Positions 1 to 9,292 are shown, counted from the first letter of the stretch. The stretch is 64,000 nt of DNA from an uncultured Erythrobacter sp. (GCA_947498065.1 CANMIS010000003.1:336739-400738), one strand, 5' to 3'. A program made the numbers and translations. Notes: generated by a model from the letters alone, not told the origin.

Positions 1-624
1 CGCCTTGGAATGGAGGTAGCAGATCCACGAAGCATTCCATTTCTCGGCTCTGGGCTCTGCGGCCCATGCTTTCTGCGCTGCGCTGGCTGACTCGACCCAA
101 GAGCCAGAGATGCTCAGCGCCGCTGCGAGATCATACCAAGCCCATCGGTCATCGGGGTTTTGCGCAAGATACGCTCGCCATGCTGAGATTTCGGCTTCTG
201 TATCCAGGCTCGCTTTCGCCTCAAGCGCGGCAAGCCGAAGGCGCTCATCTTCGCGCAGTTTGAAAGTATCGGCGCGGAGCGTGGCGAGAACGGCCGCCGC
301 CTCATCGGTTTGGCCAATCTTGAGATGGGCATAGGCAAGATCGAGCCTGACTGATGCATTTTTCGGATCGGCACTCAGCGCCTCTTGCAAGGCTGCGACG
401 GCCTTTGGATATTCGAACCGCGTTTCTGCATCATATAGAAGCGTGCGTGCGGTCTCTGCCGTTTCACCAATGGAACGCTCAGCGGTTTGCCCGACTGCTG
501 GTGAATACAGCGGTATACAGGTCAACAGCGCAACGCATGGCGCTAAAGCTCGAGCCGCCCTCGACAGCTCTGGCCGATGAGGCCGCCGGTCATCCGCGCA
601 CTTTAGTTGCGTTTTTTCGTACAT
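1..624 (-). CDS. TPR-like repeat protein with N-terminal hydrophobic signal/anchor; partial, C-terminus lies beyond the left window edge
   Basis: I checked all 208 minus-strand codons from ATG (complement of 622-624) to position 1 and found no stop. The ORF track omits it because it has no in-window stop. Translation starts MYEKTQLKCADDRRPHRPELSRAARALAPCVALLTCIPLYSPAVGQ, followed by TPR-like helices (AVAALQEALSADPKNASVRLDLAYAHLKIGQTDEAAAVL; AWRAYLAQNPDDRWAWYDLAAAL). Confidence 0.6.
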   Translation of the reverse strand, partial: MYEKTQLKCADDRRPHRPELSRAARALAPCVALLTCIPLYSPAVGQTAERSIGETAETARTLLYDAETRFEYPKAVAALQEALSADPKNASVRLDLAYAHLKIGQTDEAAAVLATLRADTFKLREDERLRLAALEAKASLDTEAEISAWRAYLAQNPDDRWAWYDLAAALSISGSWVESASAAQKAWAAEPRAEKWNASWICYLHSKA

Positions 625-636
625 TATAATTCACAT

Positions 637-667
637 ATGTATCTATTGACTTCCATAATGGATACAT
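637..667. promoter_or_regulatory. Inverted repeat ATGTATC-N17-GATACAT in an AT-rich divergent promoter region
   Basis: 7-nt perfect arms at 637-643 and 661-667, located between the minus-strand TPR gene start (624) and the amine oxidase start (795). Confidence 0.3.
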
Positions 668-794
668 CCATGCATCAAAAAGGCAAGCTTCCGTTCGGCG
701 TTCGTGTCCATTTGTGTCGCTCTGGAATAGTCTGTTTTGACAGCCTGCCTATGTGATAAAGGTGCGGGCTTTATAGCGGTTTAGGAGACTTTTG

Positions 795-2303
795 GTGTCA
801 GATTCAGGTGGTAAGAAGCATATCAACGCGCTTGATAAATTCAGCCGCAGGACTTTTGTTGCGGGCGGAACGGCCTTTGGCGCGCTCGCGATTGCTGGCT
901 GCGCTGGCGAAGCTGCCGCACCGAAAACTGCCTCTAGCGAACATGTGTATGACGCGATCGTCGTTGGGGCGGGGCTGTCCGGCCTTCACGCGGCCAACCT
1001 ATTGCAGGAGCAGGGGCTTGATGTCCTTGTCCTTGAAGGGCGCAACCGCCTTGGTGGACGCGTTTACACGCTCATGGATATTCCCGGAAAGCCTGAAGCG
1101 GCGGGCGAGCTAATCGGCGGTAACTACGCCAGAATGCTCGACACCGCGCGCCGGCTTGATCTTGAGCTGTTTGAGCCAGAGCCCGGCTTCATCGCCTCGG
1201 AGAAGCTCTATCACCTCAAAGGACAGCAATTCACCGGAGATGAGTGGGCCAGCCATGCCCTTAACACGCTCAAAGGCGAAAATCGCGAACTGCTTCCCGA
1301 TCGTTTGCTGTGGGAGTTGACGAACCGCGACAACCCATTGACGGGCAAGCCGCTCGACGATTGGATCAAGCCTGAATACGCGCAATATGACGTCCCGTTC
1401 AGCGACTATCTGCGCAATCAGCGTGGGTATGATGAGCAGACCATCGAGCTGATGGATATTATCATCCACACCGATAACATCGACAACACTTCCGCTTTGC
1501 ATGAGTTGCGCCGTTATGCGGTTAACGACTTCAACAGCGCTATGGCGAAGGCGCGTCCTGATCTGCCAGCCTTCCAGCAAGTGCGAGGCGGCAACACCTT
1601 GATCATCGACAAGATGGCCGAGAAGCTGAACAACCCAGTGCTGCTCGAAAAGTCAGTGTTCGGCTTTGACGATGACGGCAGCAAGGTTGAGGTAAACTGC
1701 CACGACGGCACCACCTATCGCGCGAAGCAAGTGGTCTGCTCCATTCCGTATCCGGTGCTCAATGCGGTCAAATTCGCGCCGCGCCTGCCGACCTGGATGG
1801 ACAATGCAATCCGCGAAATCGACTATGGTATTTCGCTTCAGGTGCACTTCCTCGTCGAACGCAAGTTCTGGGAAGATGACGGCCTGCCTGCCAGCATGTG
1901 GACCGATGCGCCGTTTGAGCGCTTTGCGGTTCTACGCAGAGGCGAGGGCGACGAAGTCACCTCGGCCCTTGCATTCATCAACGGCGATGAAGCGTTCAAA
2001 TATGAAATGATGTCTGACGAGGCGATCTATGCCCACACTCTGGCTGAGCTGGAGCGCATTCGCCCATCCACCAAAGGCGCACTGAAACCGATTATGGTTC
2101 AGTCGTGCCACCGCGATGTGCACGGGGCGGGCGACTGGGTGTTCTGGCGTCCGGGTCAAATCCAGACCTATGCTGGCAAACTGCGCGATCCGCACGGCAA
2201 CATCCACTTTGCTGGTGAGCACACGGCATTGCTGGAGCGCGGCATGGAAGGGGCATTCGAATCCGGCGAGCGCGCCGCAACGGATCTCTTGCAAAGGGTG
2301 TAA
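795..2303 (+). CDS. Flavin-containing amine oxidase family protein with twin-arginine signal and lipobox
   Basis: Tat motif FSRRTFVAGG followed by lipobox AIAGC. FAD dinucleotide fold VVGAGLSGLHAANLL...VLEGRNRLGGR. C-terminal FAGEHT motif typical of the amine oxidase family. AGGAG RBS at 783-787 favours GTG 795 over TTG 792. Confidence 0.85.
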   Translation: MSDSGGKKHINALDKFSRRTFVAGGTAFGALAIAGCAGEAAAPKTASSEHVYDAIVVGAGLSGLHAANLLQEQGLDVLVLEGRNRLGGRVYTLMDIPGKPEAAGELIGGNYARMLDTARRLDLELFEPEPGFIASEKLYHLKGQQFTGDEWASHALNTLKGENRELLPDRLLWELTNRDNPLTGKPLDDWIKPEYAQYDVPFSDYLRNQRGYDEQTIELMDIIIHTDNIDNTSALHELRRYAVNDFNSAMAKARPDLPAFQQVRGGNTLIIDKMAEKLNNPVLLEKSVFGFDDDGSKVEVNCHDGTTYRAKQVVCSIPYPVLNAVKFAPRLPTWMDNAIREIDYGISLQVHFLVERKFWEDDGLPASMWTDAPFERFAVLRRGEGDEVTSALAFINGDEAFKYEMMSDEAIYAHTLAELERIRPSTKGALKPIMVQSCHRDVHGAGDWVFWRPGQIQTYAGKLRDPHGNIHFAGEHTALLERGMEGAFESGERAATDLLQRV

Positions 2304-2308
2304 AGATC

Positions 2309-3346
2309 ATGCCGATGGGGTGGAGCAATTTGGGGAAGCTGGCACTGGCATCCGTCTTGGGTGGCGGACTGCTGGCTGCTCAGCCGGTGTTTGCAGCAGA
2401 CAACGACTCCATGACGCGCGACCTGCTGTTGCTCACCGATTGGTTTGAGGGCCGCTTCGACAATGAGGAGCAGCGCTGGTTCCAGGAGATGGAAGGGTAC
2501 AAAGGCCGGACAAGCGAAGAGTTCGTCCGCATCCATACAATGCACAAGCGCGTCGACTTGCCGCAATTTGGCGAGCATGTTTTCTACGTCGAGGAATATC
2601 GCGACAGCGATCCCAGCCAGATCATTCGCCAGCGCTTGGTCATTTTCTCAACCGACGGCGAGACCCGACAAGTCCGGATGCAGCAGGGCTTTTTCAAATC
2701 ACCAACAGCTTATGCAGGCGGCTATCAGGAGCCCGACAAGCTCGCTGATTTAACGCCAGAGGACGTCTCTTTCATCGACACTTGTGACGTCACGTGGAAG
2801 CGTGTTGCAAGCCAGTTCGAAGGCTCTATGGCCCCCAAGGCTTGCGTCTTTGGTGAAGGCGAAGATCGCCGTTATTCGGTTCATGACATGTGGCTCTCGC
2901 CCGACAAATATTGGCGCGTGGATGCCACTTTCCGGGTTTCTGACGATAGCCATTTTGCCGGCGCTCAGCGTGATAAGCCCTATGAAATGCGCCGCGCGCT
3001 GCCGTTCAATTGCTCGTTCTATTTCTTTGCCAACAATCAGTTTGAAGGCCAGGTGATCGAAGGACTCTCGCTCCACAGCCAAGGCGGCACAGTTACCGCA
3101 ACGCGCGACAGCGACGGCAAAGCGTATGAGATTTTCATGCGCGAAAAGGAATACGACTATTACGAGACCCGGCCCGATTTCATCTATTTCGCATTGCGCG
3201 AAAAAGGTGAGACCCGCTCGGTCGCCTTTAGCGTGAACGATCCGGACGCGCGCACCGTTGGAGTGCGTGCGGAGTCCATCGGTGCCTTCTGCCACCGCGA
3301 TGGATACACGTTCCGCCAGCCTCTGGAACTTCTCGAAGATTACTAA
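2309..3346 (+). CDS. CpcT/CpeT (bilin-lyase fold) family protein with signal peptide and an extra C-terminal domain of about 110 aa
   Basis: Signal LALASVLGGGLLAAQPVFA. Family N-terminal signature LTDWFEGRFDNEEQ, then VRIHTMHKRVDLPQFGEHVFYVEEY. Starts 5 nt after the amine oxidase stop. Confidence 0.7.
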   Translation: MPMGWSNLGKLALASVLGGGLLAAQPVFAADNDSMTRDLLLLTDWFEGRFDNEEQRWFQEMEGYKGRTSEEFVRIHTMHKRVDLPQFGEHVFYVEEYRDSDPSQIIRQRLVIFSTDGETRQVRMQQGFFKSPTAYAGGYQEPDKLADLTPEDVSFIDTCDVTWKRVASQFEGSMAPKACVFGEGEDRRYSVHDMWLSPDKYWRVDATFRVSDDSHFAGAQRDKPYEMRRALPFNCSFYFFANNQFEGQVIEGLSLHSQGGTVTATRDSDGKAYEIFMREKEYDYYETRPDFIYFALREKGETRSVAFSVNDPDARTVGVRAESIGAFCHRDGYTFRQPLELLEDY

Positions 3347-3365
3347 CGAATTGGAAGCAAGTCTC

Positions 3366-3818
3366 ATGAAATATCAGTCTCTCGCGGCCGCGGTCGCCTT
3401 CTCACTCGCACTTGCTGCATGCGGCGGAGACGCTGGCACCTCATCCGACGCTGGCGATGCGCCAGCAGCGGTTGCTGATGCGGCTGGCGGCACAGAGACT
3501 GCCGCTCCGGCAAAGCCAAATAAGGGCCAAATTGCCTTCCTGAAATGCCGCAGTTGCCATACTCTTGAAGAAGGCGCAGCGCACCTCACGGGTCCAAACC
3601 TCTATGGTCTTTTCGGAGCGAAGGCCGGTGCTAAAGAGGGCTACGTTTTCTCCGATGCACTTGGTGCGACTGACCTGACTTGGGATGCTGAGACGCTGGA
3701 CAAGTGGATCGAGTCTCCAGTGAACTTTGTGCCAGGAAACAAGATGGCTTTCGCAGGGATCGCCGATCCTGAAGAGCGGGCCGCACTGATCGAATATCTT
3801 GAAGCAGAAACCAAATGA
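3366..3818 (+). CDS. Class I c-type cytochrome (c2/c550-like), lipoprotein
   Basis: MKYQSLAAAVAFSLALAACGG lipobox. Heme site CRSCH. Distal Met context PGNKMAF. The track ORF starts at 3258, but the ATG at 3366 gives a normal signal peptide. Confidence 0.9.
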   Translation: MKYQSLAAAVAFSLALAACGGDAGTSSDAGDAPAAVADAAGGTETAAPAKPNKGQIAFLKCRSCHTLEEGAAHLTGPNLYGLFGAKAGAKEGYVFSDALGATDLTWDAETLDKWIESPVNFVPGNKMAFAGIADPEERAALIEYLEAETK

Positions 3819-4759
3819 GGCAGCTGGGCTCTCTGGTCACATGCGCTGCATTGACGCTCCAGCTTTCTAGCGCAGCATTTGCTCAAGACCCTGGCGCTGA
3901 TGAAGCGGTCGCGCCGCCATCGTTTAGCGACTGCGAAGAGTGCCCAGATATGATCGAGCTGCCGTCTGGTAAGGCGATGCTCGGTGCAGAACCCTACGAA
4001 GCCAATCGCAAGCGTGGCGATATGGACCTGCGCGAGGTCACGTTTGATTACCGCCTAGCAGTTGCGCGCACCGAGACAACACGCGGGCAATACCGCGCCT
4101 TTATGGCAGAGACCGGTCACAAGATGGCCGAGGAGGGCTGCAACACGTGGTCGACCTATCGGATCATGGGATATGACCGGGCGAACAGCTGGGAAAGTGC
4201 GGGCTATCCGCAAAATGATTCCCATCCCGTGGTCTGCGTCAGTCATGTCGATGCGACGGCCTATACGCATTGGCTCGCGGCCAAGACGGGCAAGCCTTAT
4301 CGCCTGCTTTCATCGGCTGAGTATGAATACGCGACGCGGGCCGGAACACGGGGGCCGTGGTTCTGGGGCACGGCCAATCGCGATGCCTGCACCTATGCCA
4401 ATGTTGCGGACAGAAACCTGCGGCGGACCCACACATTTGCGCCGACCTTTGACTGTGATGATGGCTATGAGCGGACCGCTCCCGTCGCCAAGTACAAGCC
4501 CAACCCATGGGGCCTCTATGATATGCTGGGCAATGTGTGGGAATGGACTGACGATTGCCTTCACCGCGATGCGTCAAACGCTCCGCTGGATGGTAGTGCG
4601 TGGTTGGCCGAGGACAATGGCGAATGCGATCGCCGTGTGCCGCGCGGCGCGAGCTGGGTGTCCGGAACGGACTGGACCAGAGCGGCTGCGCAGGCCGGCG
4701 ACTATGCGATTTACCACAGCCAGCTCTTGGGCTTTCGCGTGGCACTGACAGTCGAATAA
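3815..4759 (+). CDS. Formylglycine-generating enzyme (SUMF1/EgtB/PvdO) family protein, secreted
   Basis: Signal peptide ending SSAAFAQ. Family motifs GNVWEWT and RGASW. The start overlaps the cytochrome c stop (ATGA). Confidence 0.85.
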   Translation: MRQLGSLVTCAALTLQLSSAAFAQDPGADEAVAPPSFSDCEECPDMIELPSGKAMLGAEPYEANRKRGDMDLREVTFDYRLAVARTETTRGQYRAFMAETGHKMAEEGCNTWSTYRIMGYDRANSWESAGYPQNDSHPVVCVSHVDATAYTHWLAAKTGKPYRLLSSAEYEYATRAGTRGPWFWGTANRDACTYANVADRNLRRTHTFAPTFDCDDGYERTAPVAKYKPNPWGLYDMLGNVWEWTDDCLHRDASNAPLDGSAWLAEDNGECDRRVPRGASWVSGTDWTRAAAQAGDYAIYHSQLLGFRVALTVE

Positions 4760-4810
4760 TCACCTCGCTCGCTTGAAATTTGAAAACGCGATGAGGTTGG
4801 GGGACATGAC

Positions 4811-5497
4811 ATGATCGAAGTACTTGGATTTTCGACGTACCAGTTTTTGGTCTTTATCCACCTCTTGCTGTTTGTGCTGTGGCTAGGGGCGGATGTTGGC
4901 GTTTTCATGCTGGGGCAGGAATTTCGCCAACGGCATAAGTATGACCTGGAAAAGCGCCTTGTGCTGCTGCAATTGCTGGTCAATCTCGACATGGTCCCGC
5001 GCACCGCGTGGGCTCTGATGGTGCCGATTTCGATCACGATGGTCTATTCGGGCGGATACTGGGATCTGCCAGTCTGGGCTGTCGGCCTAACATGGCTGGT
5101 CGGGGCATTCTGGCTCGCTCTCGTCTGGGATGCGCATATGCACGATCAAACACCGCGCGCTGCCAGGGATCGCAAGATCGAGTTCGCGCTGAAGATCGGT
5201 CTCACCGCGTTTTACCTGGTGCTCGGCGCAGTGTCGCTGGCCACGGGCGAGCCGCTGATGATGACCTGGCTTGCGATCAAGGCGCTTATGTTCGGTCTCA
5301 TATTTGCCGCAGCCATTATGATCGATGTCGCGTTTAAACCGGTTGGTCCGCGTCTGATGAAACTGATTGAGGAGGGGTCGTCGGATGAAACCGAAATCCC
5401 CCTCTTGAAGACAATGAACCGCAGCCGTTTTTGGGTGTGGGTCGTCTACGCACTGCTGCTTGCGACTGCGTTTCTTGGGAATGTTAAGCCGGTCTAG
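4811..5497 (+). CDS. Polytopic inner-membrane protein of unknown function (about 5-6 TM helices)
   Basis: Hydrophobic segments FLVFIHLLLFVLWLGADVGVFML, AWALMVPISITMVY, VGLTWLVGAFWLALVW, IGLTAFYLVLGAVSL, LMFGLIFAAAIMIDV and FWVWVVYALLLATAFL. Same strand and close spacing to its neighbours. Confidence 0.65.
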   Translation: MIEVLGFSTYQFLVFIHLLLFVLWLGADVGVFMLGQEFRQRHKYDLEKRLVLLQLLVNLDMVPRTAWALMVPISITMVYSGGYWDLPVWAVGLTWLVGAFWLALVWDAHMHDQTPRAARDRKIEFALKIGLTAFYLVLGAVSLATGEPLMMTWLAIKALMFGLIFAAAIMIDVAFKPVGPRLMKLIEEGSSDETEIPLLKTMNRSRFWVWVVYALLLATAFLGNVKPV

Positions 5498-5557
5498 CAG
5501 TACCGGCACAGAGCGAACTGCCAACATGTGGCGGTTCCAAATTTCAGGAATACTGAG

Positions 5558-6319
5558 ATGAAAAAAGCAATCTTAGGCGCGTTGGCACTTGGCTTCGTTT
5601 GCAGCCCGCTCGCCGCCGAAGAGACTAGGTTGGAAATCCGGGCGCTGACCCAGGATGCCAAGTTCATCGGTAGCAGCATGTCGGGCATGAACGTCATCGT
5701 CGAGGATGCCGATACTGGCGAAATCTTGGATACGGGCGTCACGACAGGGACGACGGGCAACACCGACATTATCATTCGCCAGCCGCGCGAACGCTATGGT
5801 CAGATATCGGACGATAACAGCGCGGTCTATGTATCGACCTTAGACATAACGGAGCCGCGCCGGATCCGGGTGACTGTTAGTGGTCCTAACGCGCAGGCCC
5901 AGGCAAAAGCGGAAGCCTCTTCGACGCGCTGGGTGTTGCCGGGCAAGCATGTCGATGCGGGCGATGGGTGGCTGATCGAAGTGCCCGGGTTCGCTGTCGA
6001 TATTCTGGCGCCCGGCGCGCATCGCTATGTTGAAGACAAAAGCGAGATGATGACGATCACGGCCAATGTGGTGATGATCTGCGGCTGTCCGACATCCCCT
6101 GGTGGCACGTGGGATTCTGACAAGATCGAAGTCACCGCGCATGTTCGCCGCGATGGCGGGGAGTATGAAGAACTCTCCATGCCACACACCGGCGCGCCAA
6201 GCACATACTCGGTCCAAGTGCCGTCCAAAGAGCTTGGCATTTACGAAATATTGGTCACGGCATTCGACCCGCGGAATGGCAATAGCGGCGTCGATCGGGC
6301 GAGCTTCGTAGTGCGGTGA
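5558..6319 (+). CDS. Secreted protein of unknown function (beta-rich)
   Basis: MKKAILGALALGFVCSPLAAEE signal peptide. AGGA lies 8 nt upstream of ATG 5558 (track start GTG 5528 is less likely). I recognise no motif. Confidence 0.6.
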   Translation: MKKAILGALALGFVCSPLAAEETRLEIRALTQDAKFIGSSMSGMNVIVEDADTGEILDTGVTTGTTGNTDIIIRQPRERYGQISDDNSAVYVSTLDITEPRRIRVTVSGPNAQAQAKAEASSTRWVLPGKHVDAGDGWLIEVPGFAVDILAPGAHRYVEDKSEMMTITANVVMICGCPTSPGGTWDSDKIEVTAHVRRDGGEYEELSMPHTGAPSTYSVQVPSKELGIYEILVTAFDPRNGNSGVDRASFVVR

Positions 6320-6614
6320 AATACTGCTGAAAAGGCGACCAGCTAAGCGAACTCGATGGGCGCCAATCGAGCCTGATTGGACTGGCCTTAGTTGGCTTCG
6401 CTGCTTCTCTAACCGCCTTGGGAATCGCCAAGATTCCTCGCTGGTAAACGGTGTGAACTCATTTGGCTTCTGCGATAGAATTTATTTACGCCATAGAGAG
6501 TAATGGTAGATTATTTTTCTATTCATAGGGCAAATTAGCAGCAAACTTAGGAGCCTTTTCTCTCACTAGCGAGTTAGAACGCGTCAAATTCGAACTGGAA
6601 TTGCGAGGATTTGC

Positions 6615-6884
6615 GTGAAACGGCTTTTTACAGAACACCCCGAGTCAGTTGGTGAAACTTATGTCCAGCACCTGGCAATGGCGAGCGGCTTTGGTTGGCG
6701 TATGTGCATGGCAGGCATCGCATGTCTGCTGCACGGGATATTCCCTTTCTGGTTTAAGAGCACGGGAAGCGAGACCATTTGCACCCTGCATGACCGGATG
6801 GTTCGCCATCGCACTGGTCATAAGGCTGATGATCGCAGCCTTCCGGCGGACACCTCGGGTCTTAAGGTCCAGCGCCTGAAATGA
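6615..6884 (+). CDS. Small conserved membrane protein of unknown function
   Basis: GAGGA RBS lies 5 nt upstream of GTG 6615. Sequence FTEHPESVGETYVQHLAMASGFGWRMCMAGIACLLHGIFPFWF suggests 2 TM segments. The stop overlaps the start of the next gene (ATGA). Confidence 0.55.
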   Translation: MKRLFTEHPESVGETYVQHLAMASGFGWRMCMAGIACLLHGIFPFWFKSTGSETICTLHDRMVRHRTGHKADDRSLPADTSGLKVQRLK

Positions 6885-7933
6885 CCCTCGTGTCCAAAAA
6901 CCTGGCGGACACGCGTTTGGGGCAGGGCGGGGCTGCGATTTACAGCTTCATGCCCGGTCTTGCGCTGGCAATTGTATTGTCGGTCAGCGCCTATGTGGTC
7001 GCGGGCTTTGCTGGTTTGCCAAGCATCTTGCTGGCGCTCCTGTTTGGCCTTGCTGCGCAGCCGCTTGTGTCTGGGCAGGCTGTGAGGCCAGGCCTCAATC
7101 TCGCCGCGAAGAAGATGCTGAGAGTAGGTGTCGGTTGCCTCGGTGCAGGCGTCATCGCTAGCGACATTGCGGCGCTTGGTTGGCCTGTCCTGGTACTTTG
7201 CATGGTCTGTGTCGCATTCACGATTGCGGTAGGCTGTGCCACCGCGCGAGTGCTGCGCAGCGACACGGCATCCGGCCTCTTGTTTGGCGGCGCGGTGGCG
7301 ATTTGCGGAGCGTCTGCGGCGCTCGCAATTTCTGCAGCCTTGCCGCAAACTGAAGAAAACAATTCCAAGACGCTTGTAGCTGTGATCGGCGTGACCGCGC
7401 TCAGCACGATTGCAATGGTCCTTTATCCCTTGATCACAGCCTATTTCGGCATGAGCGACAAAGCCGCTGGCATCTTCTTTGGCGCGGCTATCCATGATGT
7501 CGCTCAGGTTGTGGGTGCGGGCTATATGGTGTCTGACGCCGCCGGAGAAACCGCCACCATGGTCAAGCTGGTGCGCGTTTCTTGCCTTCTCCCGGTCGTT
7601 GCGATCATCGCCTATTCGATGTCCAAAACCTCTGCTGGCAAAGCGGCGGGCATGACTGGCGGGCGGGCGCAACTCTTCCCGGTTTTCCTGCTTGGCTTTG
7701 TCTTCCTGTCGATCATCGCCAGCTCTGGTTTGATCGCACCGATCGTACTTGATGGCATTGTCGATGCTGGCAAAGCGCTGCTGCTTATGGCAATCGCTGC
7801 GCTAGGGTGTCTGACCTCGGTTCAGGCGCTCTGCAAGATTGGTTGGGCGCCTGTCACCATGCTGGTAATCCCGACGATTTCATTGGCGGTTTTTGCATTG
7901 CTGGTTCTCGCCTCATTTCCAACTTTCTTCTGA
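6881..7933 (+). CDS. YeiH/UPF0324-family putative sulfate exporter-type membrane protein
   Basis: 350 aa and about 10 TM helices. Family-like segments GAAIHDVAQVVGAGY and VKLVRVSCLLPV. Confidence 0.75.
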   Translation: MTLVSKNLADTRLGQGGAAIYSFMPGLALAIVLSVSAYVVAGFAGLPSILLALLFGLAAQPLVSGQAVRPGLNLAAKKMLRVGVGCLGAGVIASDIAALGWPVLVLCMVCVAFTIAVGCATARVLRSDTASGLLFGGAVAICGASAALAISAALPQTEENNSKTLVAVIGVTALSTIAMVLYPLITAYFGMSDKAAGIFFGAAIHDVAQVVGAGYMVSDAAGETATMVKLVRVSCLLPVVAIIAYSMSKTSAGKAAGMTGGRAQLFPVFLLGFVFLSIIASSGLIAPIVLDGIVDAGKALLLMAIAALGCLTSVQALCKIGWAPVTMLVIPTISLAVFALLVLASFPTFF

Positions 7934-7945
7934 GCGAGATCGCCT

Positions 7946-9148
7946 ATGTTTGAGACCTTGGAGCCGCCAAAGCTGGATCCGCTTTATGCGACAGCCGCCG
8001 CTTTTGCCGCGGATAGCAGGCCTGATAAGCTCGACCTCGGTGTTGGCGTTTATCGCGACGAAGACGGACTGTCCCCGGTGATGCGCTGTGTTCGCCAGGC
8101 CGAGGCGCATCTTAGCAAAACGAATGAGACCAAGGCCTATCTCCCGCTGGCCGGTGAGCCGTCGTTTCTGCACGGGATGAGCGAGCTGCTGTTCGGCGGC
8201 GATCGACCAGAAGCCGTTGCGGCCGTCCAATCGGTTGGTGGCACGGGCGGGATCAGACTGGCGCTGGAACTTGCGCAAAAGGCCAATCCGAATTTGACTG
8301 TGCATCTAGGGGTGCCGAGCTGGCCCAATCATCAGGGCATTTGTGACCGGCTGAAAATTCCAGTGCGCACATACGAGTATTTGGATGCGCAAGGCGGCGA
8401 TGCGTCGCTCGAAAATGCGCTTGCCTCGCTCGAGAAAGCGAGCCGTGGGGACGTGCTGATTGTCCACGGTCCATGCCACAATCCCACTGGTCTTGATCTC
8501 CATAATCAGGCCGTTGCGGAACTGCTCACGCACGCCGCCTCGAGAGGCGTCATCCCGCTGCTCGATGCCGCCTATTATGGCCTCGGCAATGCCCTGTCGG
8601 ATGATATGGCCGCGCTGCGCGCTCTGATTGAACAATTGCCCGAGTGCTTCTTGATCATGTCCGGTTCGAAAGCCTTCGGGCTCTATCGCGATCGAATTGG
8701 TGTGCTTTTCATAAAGAGCCGGGACCAACAATCCGCAGAGCTTGCGCAATCGACTGCTGAAATTCTGGCGCGGGTCAACTACTCTGCACCAGCGGCCCAT
8801 GGCGCGCAGGTTATTGCTAAGATATTGGCGGACGAGACGTTGAAAGCAGATTGGCAGGCTGAGCTAGCATCTATGCGTGCCCGAATGACTGACCTGCGTG
8901 AGTTCATTCGCTCTGCCGCTGACGATCACCCGGCGCTGCGCACGATTTGGCGAACAAAGGGTATTTTCTCGCTACTGCCGTTCGGCGCTGAGGTGACTGA
9001 CGTGCTCGCGCGGGACCATGCGATCTACATGCCGCCGACAGGGCGGATCAATCTGGCTGGACTATCCACCAGCACGGCTGAGCGGTTTGTATCGGCGGTG
9101 AAAGCAGTGTTGCCTCAGCCTGAGATGATTGGCGGCGTTCAGGCATAA
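7946..9148 (+). CDS. Aspartate/aromatic amino acid aminotransferase (class I, AspC/TyrB type)
   Basis: N-terminus MFETLEPPKLDPL...DKLDLGVGVYRDEDG parallels TyrB/AspC. PLP-lysine motif SGSKAFGLYRDRIG. Confidence 0.9.
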   Translation: MFETLEPPKLDPLYATAAAFAADSRPDKLDLGVGVYRDEDGLSPVMRCVRQAEAHLSKTNETKAYLPLAGEPSFLHGMSELLFGGDRPEAVAAVQSVGGTGGIRLALELAQKANPNLTVHLGVPSWPNHQGICDRLKIPVRTYEYLDAQGGDASLENALASLEKASRGDVLIVHGPCHNPTGLDLHNQAVAELLTHAASRGVIPLLDAAYYGLGNALSDDMAALRALIEQLPECFLIMSGSKAFGLYRDRIGVLFIKSRDQQSAELAQSTAEILARVNYSAPAAHGAQVIAKILADETLKADWQAELASMRARMTDLREFIRSAADDHPALRTIWRTKGIFSLLPFGAEVTDVLARDHAIYMPPTGRINLAGLSTSTAERFVSAVKAVLPQPEMIGGVQA

Positions 9149-9292
9149 GTGCGTTCAACGCGAGCGATCGTGCTGGCCACTTAAGGTATTGAGCAGCCCA
9201 AGGCTAAATTTGCACTGGACGGCGGTGCTTTGCGATTGACATAGTCACTACGGGCGGGCAAATTTGTCCGGACAACTTTTGAGGTTAGAAGC

